Shown here: positions 32,201 through 46,300 of the stretch, one piece after another
How the letters are laid out: the number at the start of each line of letters is the position of its first letter
Numbering within the stretch: the stretch's first letter is position 1
Made by a program: the position numbers and the translations under genes
Source of the DNA: Strigamia acuminata
Lineage: Eukaryota
Direction of reading: 5' to 3'
Assembly (NCBI GenBank): GCA_949358305.1
Contig: OX442314.1
Coordinates: 11,532,001-11,596,000, forward strand
DNA: 64,000 bases
Notes under the pieces: model-generated
Databases searched by the model: none
What the model was told of the DNA's origin: nothing
What the model saw: only the letters and a program-made list of their open reading frames with translations

Positions 32201-35200
32201 GTTTAAGGGATGAGAAATGGACTCGCACCTTAAACACTTTACTCGAAGAATAGAAGCGTGGGCGGAGCGAGACCGGTTCATTCAATTCTTTGCGAAGTAC
32301 TTTAGCACACCTTTGCTGTCCGTGGCTATTGGCAGTGGGCATTTAGTGGAACTCGTGCTAACCAATCAAAGCCTCGATCTTTGTCCACTCTTTTAGTAAA
32401 GTTGAAAAGAGCGTGTCGCGGATTTGATTTTGTGTATTTGGATTTTTCTGTGGAGAAATGAAAAAAAAAATGGACGTTACGGCCAATTTGTTACGACACT
32501 TGAAAGGAAGGGCTGTACAGGAATATACAAGCAATTAATGTAATTTACCGTGAAAAGACGGGAAAACGATGGATAAAATATCTCATCCGGTGTACGTTCG
32601 ACCAAGCAGTTGACATCCAACACGCAATAACACTAAATGGACCTCATTTTAGGTCACGAGGAAACCGCATTTGTTGACAACAGAAATGGGAAAAGTGACT
32701 GAAAATAAAAATAAAAAAAATTTTAAAAAAAATAAAAAAAAATATTTTTTTCTTGAAAATAAATAAATAAATATAAATAAAACCTCTTGGGTGGACTTTT
32801 GCACTCTGGTCATCGAGTGGGGTCCTCGGACCTCGACCATTCGCATTCAATTCAAAGATCTGGACTTGAGCCAAAGGTCAAAGCCAAAGCTTGAGGCAAA
32901 ACCGGAAACCTGAGGTTCCTGGAATAAGGTTTCCTTCTCTTTGTTGTTTCTGACTCTCACCGAGGAAAAAGTGAAAACGCCAATCATAATCACACCTGCA
33001 CGTGAAGGCCACAACGCGGACATCCTCGACCATAAGAAACAAAGAAAAAAAAAATAACAAATAACATAAAAAATAAAATAGATTAAAAAAAAAAAATTAT
33101 AAATGACACAACACTGCACCAACATTTGCCTCGTACATTTTAATAGGAGAACTCCGAGTGGGCGCAACGAGCAACATAATAAATTATCGAATAAGTCACT
33201 CCTCCTACATTATATTACCTTAAACAAACCCACGCAGATTCCTCCAAACACCAAAACAAACAACAAAACATCATGACCCAATTTCCACATTTAATTAAGC
33301 TAAATTCTAATTGATTGACAGGTGTGTTATGCCTTTCAGAGCGCACTTTTTAATGACTTTTCTCACGTCCTTCAAAGTCCCACTAGCAGTTTCTTATGAT
33401 ATAATCCGAGCAGGATATCAATGTCATGCCAGGTATTAGAAAAGGCGCCATTTGCACACACAGAGACAGGCGAGAGTGGCATGTGGTGCCACGAGGATGG
33501 CAGTGCCCAGTTTCACTTATCGGCGCATGGCACCCGCTCCGCTCACACGCCAATTCCTCGTCTCAAACGCACGTGGTCCGTCCACCATTTACTAATATGA
33601 GAAACTCGATCGATCCGTGGCTTCCCGCCTCGTTTTTCAATCGCTGCGTCATTTGTACTCATCTGATTAATAAAAATATAGAATTTTTTTTATATATATC
33701 CTAATTAGAATAAATTTTTATCGATAAAATTGATTTTTTTTTTATTTTATTATTATATTTTTTTTTTTACGTGTGAAAAAATCTAAGCCATTTCGTGACC
33801 CCTCCTCGGTTGATATGTAGCGTGAATCGAGTCGAGCCAATATCTTTTTCATTTCACGGAGCTGGTCACTAGGGGGAGAGTCATATTGACATTGGACCAT
33901 GCCTGATACAATTGCCAAGTCCAAAGGCCGGTTGTGTGTCTTCCAATCAGATCACCAGTGCCTCGAGCTGGGGGAGAGAGAAATGATGTTGTAGAGCATC
34001 ACGTGCTTCCCCTTGCACGAGTTAGGCTCAATCTCTCTCTTCTTCCCAGCTTTGGCTACAAGGAAATGACCAAAAAGCGTCACCTGGCGACTGCACGCCG
34101 TCATCCCTTCTGTATTTGCCTACACTGAAATCAATCACTTGTCCCGTGCAAAGCAGAAAGGGAATGACGGTGCACCTAACTTAATTCCCGACGTCTGTTC
34201 TGCCTTCGACAGAATATTAAATATGGGATTCGACGGCCATCAAACCCCTTCCTTCCCCCCACCCTCCGAAAAAAAATTGATAGACGTGTTGTAAAATGTC
34301 AAATTTAGCCCCGTTTTAAATATTTAAAAAAAATATTTTAAAAAAAAAATCAAATTAAATTAAAAAGCAGGCAAGATGCGTCGTTTAAGAGCACTTCATT
34401 CGTTAATTTGATATCAAAATGTAACCCAGGGTGTCACCCACGCCTGCTATTGTGCCTTCAGAGCTGATTGAACGTGGGTGGAGGAAGGAAAACGTGGGTC
34501 AGTGCCATGTTGGAACAAAAAAAGGAAAAAGGAAAATAAAGGCTGAAAGAAAAAGGATCCACGTGCCCATTTCTTGAAAGCTGACAGCATTTGTTGAGAT
34601 GTCGATGGGCGCCAGATTTATCGCGTGTGTGCGTGCTAATGGGATGTGCGCCACTCATGTCGCCTTGTGGGGTCGCCTGTGCAGCTTGGGTGGGCTCGGA
34701 CACGGACTCCACCCTGGGCTTCGTTCCGTACACACCGAGCAATGCAACTTTTACATAGGTGAGGTCTGTGCGCACCTCTATTGACACCGCGTGCTAATAG
34801 CTCGTTCGTGCACCGGTGGCAACGACAAGTCATTTCCTGGAAATCCCATAATGACACAGGCGAGAGTCCCATTAGCCAAACCATGGCATAATACAAGCAG
34901 CCAAATGAACCTTGACTTTTTTTTTATTATTATTATATTTTTTTTCGTCCATCTTTCTATCATTTTATTTTTTTATTTTATTTTTAAATTCAAAAATGGG
35001 AATATGACAAATTGGGTTTGACGGATTGATTTTTTCGGAAGTAGAAATTAGTTTTGTGTCGTTATAAAAGAGGATGAGCTGAGAATAACCGAGGTTATAA
35101 GGGGAAAAAACACGAGGGGACGAAAAGTGAGGAGACAACAAACATTGACATGAATGAGTTAAAGTGGAACAGATGCAGCCGAAATTATGCCAACCAATTT

Positions 35201-37219
35201 AGACACGAGTTAACCTATAAATGAGAACAATAAATCACGTCATATCTAAATATATCACCCTAAGGTGATCTATGGATTCACTTTAAGTCAATTATAAACA
35301 CGATAAACGTTTAAAAATTAGTTTAAATTTTTTTTTTCGAATATTAAAATTTATTTCATAATTTTTATAATTTTTTTTTAATTTTAAAAAGAAATATATT
35401 TATATAATTTTTTTAATTTGTTAGTTTTGAAAGGGAAGTAAAAGAATAAAAAACGATAAATAAATTTGGGACGTGTTCAAAAAGCCGAAAAAGTTCGGCT
35501 AGGCACCGCCAGGGGCCGCCAAACGAAACACAATCTTTCTGAATCGTCCCAGCTCAGAAAGAGAAAAATTGTGACAGATGTTATCAATATTAATTAAGAG
35601 CTTTCAACCCAATTTCTGTGTGTCATGAATTCAACTCGCGCTGACAAAAATTACAGAAACAAATTAATATCCAAGCTGCACACCAACCCCTTCTCACCTC
35701 GCAGCCAAGTGATAAATTCACCTTTTTAAAATGTCACATCTTCATCTTCATCTTTAACTTTAATATCCGTCTAATTTTCAAATGACTCATTTCGGAAACG
35801 CGAGTAAATCAACTAAAACTACACCCTAAAACACCTGAGCATTGCAGCGAAAACACCCAAATGAAAGCAACCCGAGGGCAGCATTATGCAGAAATAACTT
35901 TCCAGCACTACACGCACTCAAAACAAAAAACAAAGAAAAAAAATAAATAAATAAAAACAATTAAAATAATTCACGGATAATTTCCGAAACCCTTTCATTT
36001 CCCCTTTGACTCACACTGGGGTGAAATAAGGTGGGAAGGGAAATAGAATTTTTCAATCCTTCAACGCCATATTGACGTGGGCACAAACCATCATTGCAAG
36101 GGTGTATTCAGACTCCCCCCTTGAGTCCCCCACCAAAAAAAAAACGAGTTAAGACCACACCACCACCTAAATAAAGAGAAGAAAAAAAATCCCCTCCATG
36201 CAACACCCCCTAACGGACGAATAGAGCGAATCTTTTTTTGGATTTAACTCGCAGCCGAGTCCGAGGATCGATGTCCTACTAATTAATATTACGTAGGGAG
36301 ACACGTCCCCATAAATATTTCATCCAATTTGATTGATCCTGGCGCCTTTTCCCCTTCATCCCCTTCTTTTTTCTCCGACTTGCAACATCCTCTCTTCTCA
36401 GGGGGTAAGTTGAGTCGCCTGTCAATCCTTAACATTGATATTAATGACGAGATGTCCGCAAGTTCTTCGAGGCTCAAAGGATTCAATCGGAGCAAAATTG
36501 GACCGTTCCCGCGACCGAGCGACTCCACTTTTGACCAATGGGGAGAGCCGGGAAAAGGGGGAAACGACAAAAAAAAGGGTGGGGGTAAAAAAAGAGAAAG
36601 AAAAAAAGGGTAGATGAGGGAAGGGGGAAGACGACCCGAGGGAGAGTGACTGGACAAAGCACCGGTGTGGCCTGAAAAAAATGTCGCGAGGGGTCGCTAT
36701 CCGACCCAGATGGGACGGCGCTGCTTTTGTGTAGGAGAGTTTTTATTTACGTTCAAAGGGGTAAATGTTTATCAATTGCTAAAAGAGCACCCCCAGGTGG
36801 TGACAAAACTCACTTGGACGGCTCACGGCCCATGGGTTTGGTTTACGGCAAATGGAACAACCCCTGTCGGCGGTCGACTTTCAGCGTTAACCGATCGGGA
36901 GAGGCCAATAAAGGCTTAAACGAGGTGCTTGGGATCGAATTGCCTTTGAAAAGAAATATTTCTCTTGCAGGGATTGGATTTTTTTTTCTCGCTAAAAGTT
37001 GTTAATGTCAATCACACGTAACAAAGTTGTCCCACTGAGAGATCTTCATTGAGATTATTGAGTTTTTCGCTTTGCGAGTGCCAATTTTTCTGTGGGCAAA
37101 ATTTCTGTGGGCAGACTGATTTCCGTCAAAGAAACTGCGAAAAAGGACAGTTCTGAGCTTTTCATCGCCAATTTGAAACAAAAGCCGTTAAAATGTTAGG
37201 TGATACACACGTAACTGTA

Positions 37220-37791
37220 CACTCTAAAAATGGCTTCGTTGTTTCAATTAAATGTTTGATTGGCTGAATTACAACTAAGTATAATAAAGGCGACACTAAG
37301 TACAGTAAAGGCGACAATAAGTATAGTAAAGGCGACAATAAGTATAGTAAAGGCGACAATAAGTATAGTAAAGGCGACACTAAGAATAAAATTACTAATA
37401 TGAAATTAACTTGGAGAACAACCAAATAGTAAAGGCAAGAAATAAGTATAGTAACGGCAACAATGAGTACAGTAAAGGCGACAAGAAGAATAAAATTACT
37501 AATATGAAATTAACTTGGAGAACAACCAAATACCTAGTAAAGGCGACAATAAGTATAGTAAAGGCGACAATCAGTATAGTAAAGGCGACAATCAGTATAG
37601 TAAAGGCGACAATAAGTATAGTAAAGGCAACAATCAGTATAGTAAAGACGACAATACGTATAGTAAAGGCGACACTAAGAATAAAATTACTAATATGAAA
37701 TTAACTTGGAGAACAACCAAATAGTAAAGGCGACAATAGTTAATTCTACTAAATTATTCAGTCTCTGAGCTAAGCAAACATTTTTAGAGTG
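37220..37791. mobile_element. Non-autonomous CMC/EnSpm-like DNA transposon (572 bp) filled with tandem repeats
   Basis: Perfect 13-bp TIR CACTCTAAAAATG...CATTTTTAGAGTG with TA on both sides. CAC termini and a 2-bp TSD fit animal CMC/EnSpm-type elements; the superfamily call is an inference. Confidence 0.75.
37276..37737. repeat. 21-bp minisatellite (TAAGTATAGTAAAGGCGACAA) punctuated by three identical 47-bp units
   Basis: About 15-16 copies of the 21-mer. AAGAATAAAATTACTAATATGAAATTAACTTGGAGAACAACCAAATA occurs at 37382, 37486 and 37677. Confidence 0.95.
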
Positions 37792-40700
37792 TAACACACC
37801 ATCGAGCAATAAAAAATAAATAATAAAACGCGTTAAAACGAAACACGCTTAACGTGTTTCGCTGCTTCCATTTTCGATGTCGGCTAATGTAATCAGAATC
37901 AGCCAATGAAATGATCTCCAAGCACCGTAACTACGTTTACAATAATAACAACTAACCTGGGAGTACTAAAACTTCTATAAACCTAATATTCCTATCAAGA
38001 TGAAAAGTTAAACGGAATTTTAAACTTTACGTAACGTGATATATTTAATCACAAATAATATTTTTTTCCCCCTTCTAATTAAAACGACAATTAGTTCTAG
38101 CTAGTGCTCATTCACGTTCAAGGCGATAGGTGGAGCTTCATCCAAATGGCAGTGATTCCAACTGCAACCACCTTATTAAAAAAAAATCCAGGGTGGATTC
38201 AAACTCATCTCTATGCAAGTTATTAACACCAGGGGAAAACAGTAGGACACCTACCAGGAATATTCACCCTCTCATTTAATTATTAAACAAGTAAAAAATA
38301 AACAAAACATCCAGGTGTGGTCAAGACTATTAATTCCACTTTTTATTATTATTATTAAAAAGTCTGGCTCGAGGCCAGGGGTCCCTGGGTCCACAGGGCT
38401 CTTAGAAAAGCACTCAACTTGTGCGAATCTCCTTTCGCAGTTCCCTACGAGGGTTTTGAATTCTTCACTTGCAAGGAATGGGTGTATTTTCCCCTAGAGA
38501 CGTATGGGCGAACTAAACTGAGAAAAAAAAGAAAAGAAAAAAGAGACTTTTTTTCGCCTCCCAACAGTTTACCTGATTAAGATTGAGACGTAGAAGACGT
38601 AGAAAGCTAAGAGCTTTACTTCACTCCACTAATTACAAAACACGAAGTTTTAAGCCAATCAGAGTCGGAGCAAGGTGCCCGCAAGACACGAGACGACGTC
38701 TTAAGTTTATTCTTGATTTAAAATGCGAAAAACTTTTTGTTTGCCTCGTAGCCCACCGAGGCGCGGCGATGATAAACACGAGCATGTTACAAAGCATCGA
38801 AAAGTAAAAGCGAGAAAGAGAACGAAAAAGAAAAGGAAAAAAAATTTCTTTGTAATACAATAAAACTAGGGATGAAACGACTTAGTGGGTATTAATTGGA
38901 GTAACGAGAGTAGAGGGAAATGAAGGTTCACGAGTTGCACGTGCTGCTGGGACCAAAAAACGAGGATGGGGCTCTGTCTTTTGTCGCCTAATGTGATTCG
39001 TTCCAAGTCTTAGCGTTAATTGCAATTTCGTGTCGAGTGGTGGCGCTCATGTTTACTCGCTTGACGCAGCCCTGTCGTCAAGACGACCAGGCCCCGCCTC
39101 AAGACAACGAGCCCCCTTCTCTTCTTCTACGACCTACCCCTCTAATACCACCCCCTGCCAAACTTCCTCCTGATGGCGCACATTTCCCACATCCTCCATT
39201 ATTTTCCCATCGAGTTGAAGCGTCATCTGCTGGCCATACTCATATTCCTCTCTTCTCTCTCTCTCGCTCTAATCTGCTGTTTTTTGCCGGAAAAATCCAC
39301 CAAAAAACCAAACTAGCACGAAAACTGATCTAGCGGATCAGTAGGAAAATATTCCCAAGAGCGCCATTTTGTATTCTGTTGGTTTTGAGCATAAAATATC
39401 GAAAGTTTATTAACCAATTTTAATTCGCTGCTGCTGGTGTGTAAGGCAGATTTATAGACGAGGATTGGCCTGGGGAATTGTAATTCTAAAAAATTTTAAG
39501 CGGCGTTTATGACGTTGTAAAAGTTGATGTTAACAATGCGATATTATGTTATAAAATTGTTAACAGCCGTAAGGCAGTTTCCGATGCCATTAATTTGTAT
39601 TTTTAGATATGAAGCAATGCAGGTAAAAATGGCTTATGGCAGGATTTTGGGGACCGGCCAAAATACTTCGCTGTAACGGGTTCAACTATAAAACTTAATG
39701 GGCAATACCAAATTCCTTGGTAATTTCGTATTTCCTTCGCCTTGGGTTCATTTGGAGCATATATCGTTCAGCTTTCAAGCTGTTTTCAGAATTCATATCG
39801 TTGCAATCGTCGCTCTAACTAAAATCTAATATGGCTGCCAACAAAACACGATTTGAACAAGGAAACTCGTTACAGGGCGATTTAAACGACCTATGTGGTT
39901 TATTTTCAGCCTGTTTGAATGAAAATCCCGTTCAAAAGCTTGTCTATACGGGTTTAAACGACCGTTTAAACGTTATTAGATGCCCCAAGTGTTTAATTTC
40001 ATTAAAAATGTTTATTTTTCTTCTTTTTCTTGACTTGGTTCAGTGTGATTCAACGATTACACAAATACAGATTACAAAAAGTTTTACTTGTACGGTAATA
40101 AAAACGTATATAAATCATTAGCAAAACTTCGCTACTCCTCCTCCAACATAACGTTTATTGCTCCAAACACCCAACTTTTCCACCCAATGTTTACAAACTC
40201 GCAATCAAGTGAATCGAACCTTAATTGGTCGCAATAATAATTTTTTTACGACCTTCATTTTATGTCCAACTCGTATCAAAGGTCCCTTTTGAAAAGGGGC
40301 ACAAAAGCCAATAGGTTCGCCACCTCCTCGCCATTGTCAAATTGCCATTTTCTATTCTTCACTTTTATTCAACCTCCACCTCATAATGCGTGGATACTCG
40401 AGTTGCAAACACTAGAGGGCGCGGTCACAATTGATCAAAACGCCGCGCTATCAATTGACTCACCATAATCATGATAGGGGCTATCTTTTATTAATTCACT
40501 GAAAAATTTATTCCATCCAGTCAAGGTAAACAAGGCTGTTAAAAAGTGGTTCATGTTGCGTGAGTTAAGCATCTGCACTGATTGAAAGCCCCACACTTCA
40601 ACCTCGGCATAACAAATTGATTTTAATATTAACCTCACCTCAAATCCTTCACCTCAAAATAAAAAAAAATACAAATAAATAAATAAATAAATAAAAATAT

Positions 40701-43051
40701 TTTAATCAAGGTGCCCCCATAGGTGTGGCAGGTGGAATGGCTTCCCTGCCTTCTTTTGTCTCAAATCACAACACCTAATTATGTTTGTCGTGGAAGTGTG
40801 ACCGGGGTCAGAGAAGAGCAGTGTGCTGCGTGCAATGTCGGCATCAGCGTTGCATGACCAGCTCTCATTACAGGTTCGTCGAGGGGCAGATTAATGGCAA
40901 GGGGCGTCCTCGATTGTAACACGGCCACGGATGACCGATAAGGTGAGTGAGGTGTAATTAAGGGCGAATCAGAGCACGTGGACAGGGCATCTGAGGATGA
41001 GAAATCACGCTCGAAAAAACGCAATGTTGCGTGGAAAGGCAGAAAAACCAATTTCATTTGCATGTTTTTCGAAGAGTAAACAGAAAAAATGAACTCGGGG
41101 TCATTAATAAAGTGGAGGATTGTGGACAGGAATAGAAAAAAAAATTGCTGCAAATAAATATTTCTTTCCGAAGCGGATTACACTAGGCTCCCATCATTCA
41201 TCATTCGTGACAAAAGACCATCGTCGACAGAAGCGACATCTCCTCGCCGCAGTGTAAATCTGTTTGTATTTTCACAGAAAAAAAAATAAAAAAAACATAA
41301 AAACATAGAAAAAAAAATCCTTTTTCATTCGTTTTATCACGAGAAAATAAAAAAAATATTTATTATCAACTTTTATTTTCGTCTGTGATGCGTCGGGAGT
41401 GTCCTGTTCGTCTTTATCTGACCATCCCTAACGTGCCGTTGCCGATCTGGACATACAGTGGAGCAGAATGGCGCAGCATCCATCCATCTATCGATCGTCC
41501 ACTTTTCCCTTCACTTCTCCGCTCTATCTATCTGAATGCCAATTATTCAAATGCAAGAAGGGGTTGTCTCTACCCTTGCCTGCCTATCTACACCGCATTT
41601 CCCCCGCTCTCCATCCTTCGGGCACCGACAAGCGCGCTGGGCGAGCCTTGCAAGGGAGCAGCTCATGTTCAAGGGGGTGAGTTGCAAGTGCGGAACGAGG
41701 GGGATCGAAAGTGGCAGCCAAGCCCCTAGCCAACGGCTCAGCTGGTCGCCCAGAGTCGAACCCCTTTCGCAGATTAGATCGACGGAGAAAGAAGGGTGGG
41801 GTCTGCAATTGCAGCAAGCTTCAGATCCAGGATTTACCCTCGTCCTGACGCCGGGGCTTAATTCTCTTTTCAATACGACGAATGAGTTAAAAGCTGACTG
41901 ATGCAGATGAGGCCTGTTCGGACGCACTCGACGAGGCTACCAACGCGTCGCCCTCGTCCCTCCACGTTTGCCATCGATCCGAGTCCACGAGCGCATGCGC
42001 CCTGCACGCTTCACCTCGGTTGACGCCATTACTATTGATACGTTTTGACCAATAAGTCATTACAAGTTCCTCCGCTCGTTCTCCTGAGCCGTCTTAGGGG
42101 CGAGATTAAAGATTAAAGATGGCGGGGAAGTGGAAACAGGAAGTGAGGGAAAAGGGTGGGATGGAAATTACAAAGCAACAAATCAAGGGAAGGTGAAGAG
42201 AAGGGTCGTTGAATGATACCAGACGACTCACACCTGAATTTTTTTCAGTTTTAGTGAGGGCAATGACCGGATTTAAAGAGTTGGAATAATGTTAAGATGG
42301 AAGGAAAGAATACGTTGCGTTATGGGTTTTTCTTGCAGGAGGTTCAGGTAGATGGGAGAAATGCAGTAATTGCGAGAAAGAGCTGTTTGTCGAGATTGTA
42401 AGATGAGAAGAAGAAATCCCGCAACAGCTATTTGGATGTATAAGAGCTTGTTCGGTTACTAGCTCGTGGGCATTTTCCATTTCCGTTATTGGGCTGTCTT
42501 TTCATTTTCTTTAATATGTTTAAAAGTTTCGATTCCATTTCATACACGCAAGAATTACCTGGTTATTTGTAATGGAGTTGGAGAAATCTAAGTGAAGTGG
42601 AGGAAAGTTTTTTGTTGTTGTTGTTTTATTTTTATTTTTTTTTTCAAGCTGAGAGGTAGAAAATTTATATTGCGTTGACCAATAGTCAATTTCTGGATCT
42701 GTTTTTTCACCCATCACGTTCTGTCTGAGTTCGATAAACGACTTATTCCACGCCACTAATCCATCACCATTAGGCAATTCCCCTCCCACCCATGCGCGCG
42801 CCTTGGCACCCGCCACACCTGCAATCAATAGTCGCGCGCCTCGTAAATAAGAGAAATATATTTCATTTTTCAACTAACACACACCCATGTAACATTGAAC
42901 TATTTTAAGTTTTCATAACACATTTTCAGCCGAGCTAAAAAATGAAAAATAAAAATAAAAATCGTCAATAATTTTTTTTTTTTTTTTTAGAAATTTTAAA
43001 AAAATTAAAAATTAAAAATTAAATGCAAAGAGAAATTATTAATAATAATAA

Positions 43052-43331
43052 CAGGGCGAGTCAAAAGTCTGGACACACCTTTTTTCTTGAAAATGACCGA
43101 AGATATATCAATTCTAATAATGCGGGCGACTGTTTGACCTTAAATTTGACTCGGAAGGTCATCGTCAAAGTTATCTATTTTGTACTTTATACAACAAAAT
43201 TCCTAATTACAAAGTCGTACACCACAAATCGACTTAGTAATACTTCGCAACTTGATAGCACGCCATCGAGAATTGACATATCTTCAGTCATTTTCAAGAA
43301 AAAAATGTGTCCAGACTTTTGCTTCACCCTG
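43052..43331. mobile_element. Tc1/mariner-type MITE (280 bp) with about 65-bp imperfect TIRs
   Basis: Left end CAGGGCGAGTCAAAAGTCTGGACACA...CTTGAAAATGACCGAAGATAT. Right end ATATCTTCAGTCATTTTCAAG...TGTGTCCAGACTTTTGCTTCACCCTG|TA. Confidence 0.88.
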
Positions 43332-46300
43332 TATATAAAAAAATAAAAAAAATAAAAATAAAAAGATAAATAAAAAGTCAAGTTTTAGTAAACAAAGCGC
43401 AAAGTTTTTCCCCCGAAGAGAAGATCCAAGAAGAATCAAAAGCTTGACCCATTCAACTGTCACCAGACAAGTCGCATCTCTCGAACATTCTCCCGAGATG
43501 GACAGACATCTCAAAATCTAAAGAGGATTTGTCTTGCGGCTCCCACGACTCCATCACTCGCCATCCCAACCAGTGAGCCTCAGATTTGCCTTTTCTTTTC
43601 CCTACTTCTTATTCCCCTAGTGGCCATCAACATCCCTCACTGAAGTCAGCGAAAGGCCACTCGCCTGTCCATCTTTGCGCACTCCCCGTCCACATTCCTC
43701 GCAAAACTCCACGTCACACCTCGTCACGTGATGTGGAGGGAAGTGGAGGACTGAGTCGGGCCGGGGTCCAGCGATCGATGGCCCTATCAGCGCGTGCCCA
43801 GACTCGCGTGCGTCCAATGGCAAGCCCAGTGACGCCTATTAAAAATGCCAAGTGAAATATTTAATGAGAAATGATTGGACGACAAAGTCGCATCACAATA
43901 AGGGGGCTGACGACCTCAACATGGACGCCATGCTCGCGTTTCTCCACCTCCACATCCTCCTTGCTCGCACCTCGAAAACCGAGTTCAACTCATCGACAAT
44001 CTTGTAACTTTAGCGACCATTAAAATTGTCTTTTAACATAATTAATGAGGCGAATTTGGAATGGGCTTGTTTTGCTTTTTCCGTAATCGGATGTCGAAGA
44101 TGGCGGATCGGGAATTAAAAATGGTTAATTTATGGCGAACTGGCGGAGAATGGAAATGAAAATGTGTTTTAAAATCGTATTACCGATGTTTCTTTTATTC
44201 CGTTTTAATCTAAGTGAATTGGAAGGTGATTAATTTACAAGTATTTGTTTGAATTTGTGCTCGCGGAATTTGATAAATTTGAAAAGGCGGAAGGAAAAAA
44301 GCGAGCGGAATTTGGCAAAATGCGGGTTTCAACTTATAGTGTTTTAATACAGCATTCAATTGAAAGAATTAGCAGTTAAAGTTTAATTTGCAAAGTGATT
44401 TTGTACACGAAATGAGTCGTTAAATTAAAAAAAAAAAAGAGAAAAAGGAAAAATAGAAAAAGAAAAAGAAAAAAAAAATTGAAAGTAAAATAAAAGTAAA
44501 CAACGAATTAAGCACAACTTTTGTTTCCATTTGGAATAAGAAGAAACGAAATCGACAGAAAAGACAATAGAATTCGAGTGCAAAACTAAACATCAAAGAG
44601 ACAAGTACCATTTTAACTTCCTTAATCAAACTGATTAGTAATTCCTTAAAAAGTCAACATCTTCAAACATCCTTTCCATTAAAAAATAAATAAAAAGAGA
44701 AAAAGACAACGAAAGCGCAATTAAACTCTACAACAAAAACAGCCCAAAACACGCATAAATCCAACTTAAATCATATTTTTAACGCCAAAAAACTATTTCC
44801 CCACTATACTTAACCAAAAGCTGTAAATTCTCTCGACATTTTCTGCATAAAAAAAAATAAAAAAAAGAAAAAGAACTCACTGAACCATCCATCATTTCTG
44901 TTCTATCATTTAACGCGCCGTGTGAAATAGAAAATTTACGGCCTCCACTCTACCATATACCGGGCCTTGACTCCATCTTAACTCAACACGAGAAGCAATA
45001 TAACACACACGCAAAACTGACACACCTTATACACAAAAATCACGCTCCCTAACAACAAAACGTACGAGCTTCTAAGTGTTATAAAGATTATCCAGGCGCC
45101 AACTTTAACGCTGATGATCCCCTCAAATCCCCTTCTCCACCGTCGAGAAAAACATATAACTTCTCTCGTTAGCGCACAACTCCTTAAACATCCAATAATA
45201 TATAATAATATTTCAACATATAGTTATCAACAGTTAAGAAATTACAGCCAAATGTGTACAAATAGCGCGCAGCGAGCGTGCGTGCGGCCTCCTCCTCCGC
45301 CGGTGTCAGCGCCGACAAACTGGCATCAAAAAACAACAACACGCTGCCATTGTTTCAGGGGCGGGTCCGCGAGTAGATTGAACGGGACCCCACGACGCAA
45401 GGTTAATCATCGAGCGTCTGGCATCACTTACAACTACAATGTCCAGTGTAAACAGATCAAACAGGAAGACGGAGATGAGGAAAATAAAAAGCTTCCGTCA
45501 CGTGATCGTCAAGAGTGCATTGTACTCGACGGCTTGACTTGCCCATTGACTGCCTATTCTTGCGGCACCTCGGGCCGGCCCGAAAGATGAGGGCCCCAGA
45601 CGGTTCCTCCATTGATAGCTGTAATCCTTTTGTGCCACACCAGAAACACGGCGGACCCGAAGAAAGAAAAGAGTTGGTAGGGGGGAGTTGCCCCGTCTCG
45701 ATTTACCCCTTTTACCCCGCCAGTACCCAGCCGGCTGATACGACGACATGGCAAGCAGACTGCACAGGTCACCCCCTGATATACTCCTATATACTTGGCC
45801 TATACAATTGCCGGCATGCGCTTTCTTATTGTGCTCCCGAAGGAAAAAAAACTCGCAGACCCTCTCATTCGCCTATCCCGCGTCACCCCTTTTTTTCTCC
45901 CAAGGTACAGACGCTAAAAAATAAGGTCAATATACCCTGGCAGTGTTCCCTAGACGAACACACTCTTATTAGTCCTTGAGTTGAGGTCTAGAAATGAGGA
46001 ACAGAGTGGATTTGGGCCTTTTGGGGAGATAAAGTGTAATGTTGTGGATTTTTGGCGCTCAGGTGTTGCGTTGTTTATCAAGGTAAATAAGAATTATTAT
46101 TATTTCCTTCTTGCTTTTTCTGAAGGGATTAAGGTGGGTGGATTAAAAGGTGGTAATTAGGTGGGTATGCGTGCTTTGGTGATGATATTTTCGATGCTGT
46201 GCGGAGGAATTTAGATGTTTGCACAACAAATGCACGAATCATGCTGTTGCCAGTGGGCTTTGCGCTTAGGTTTAATACCTGGGAAGGTCGTGTGTAAAGG

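Noticed and set aside
37162..37724. Repetitive ORFs (LLSPLLY / IVKATIS / YSKGDN) and a superficially CRISPR-like array
   Set aside because: The ORFs are translations of a 21-bp minisatellite inside a MITE. The interspersed units are identical rather than unique spacers, and there are no cas genes.
41384..42064. Possible solo LTR or LTR-element relic (TGTGATG...CATTACA, PPT-like AAGGGGGTGAG, PBS-like TGGCGCAG)
   Set aside because: No target-site duplication, second LTR or coding motif. It cannot be supported without a repeat library.
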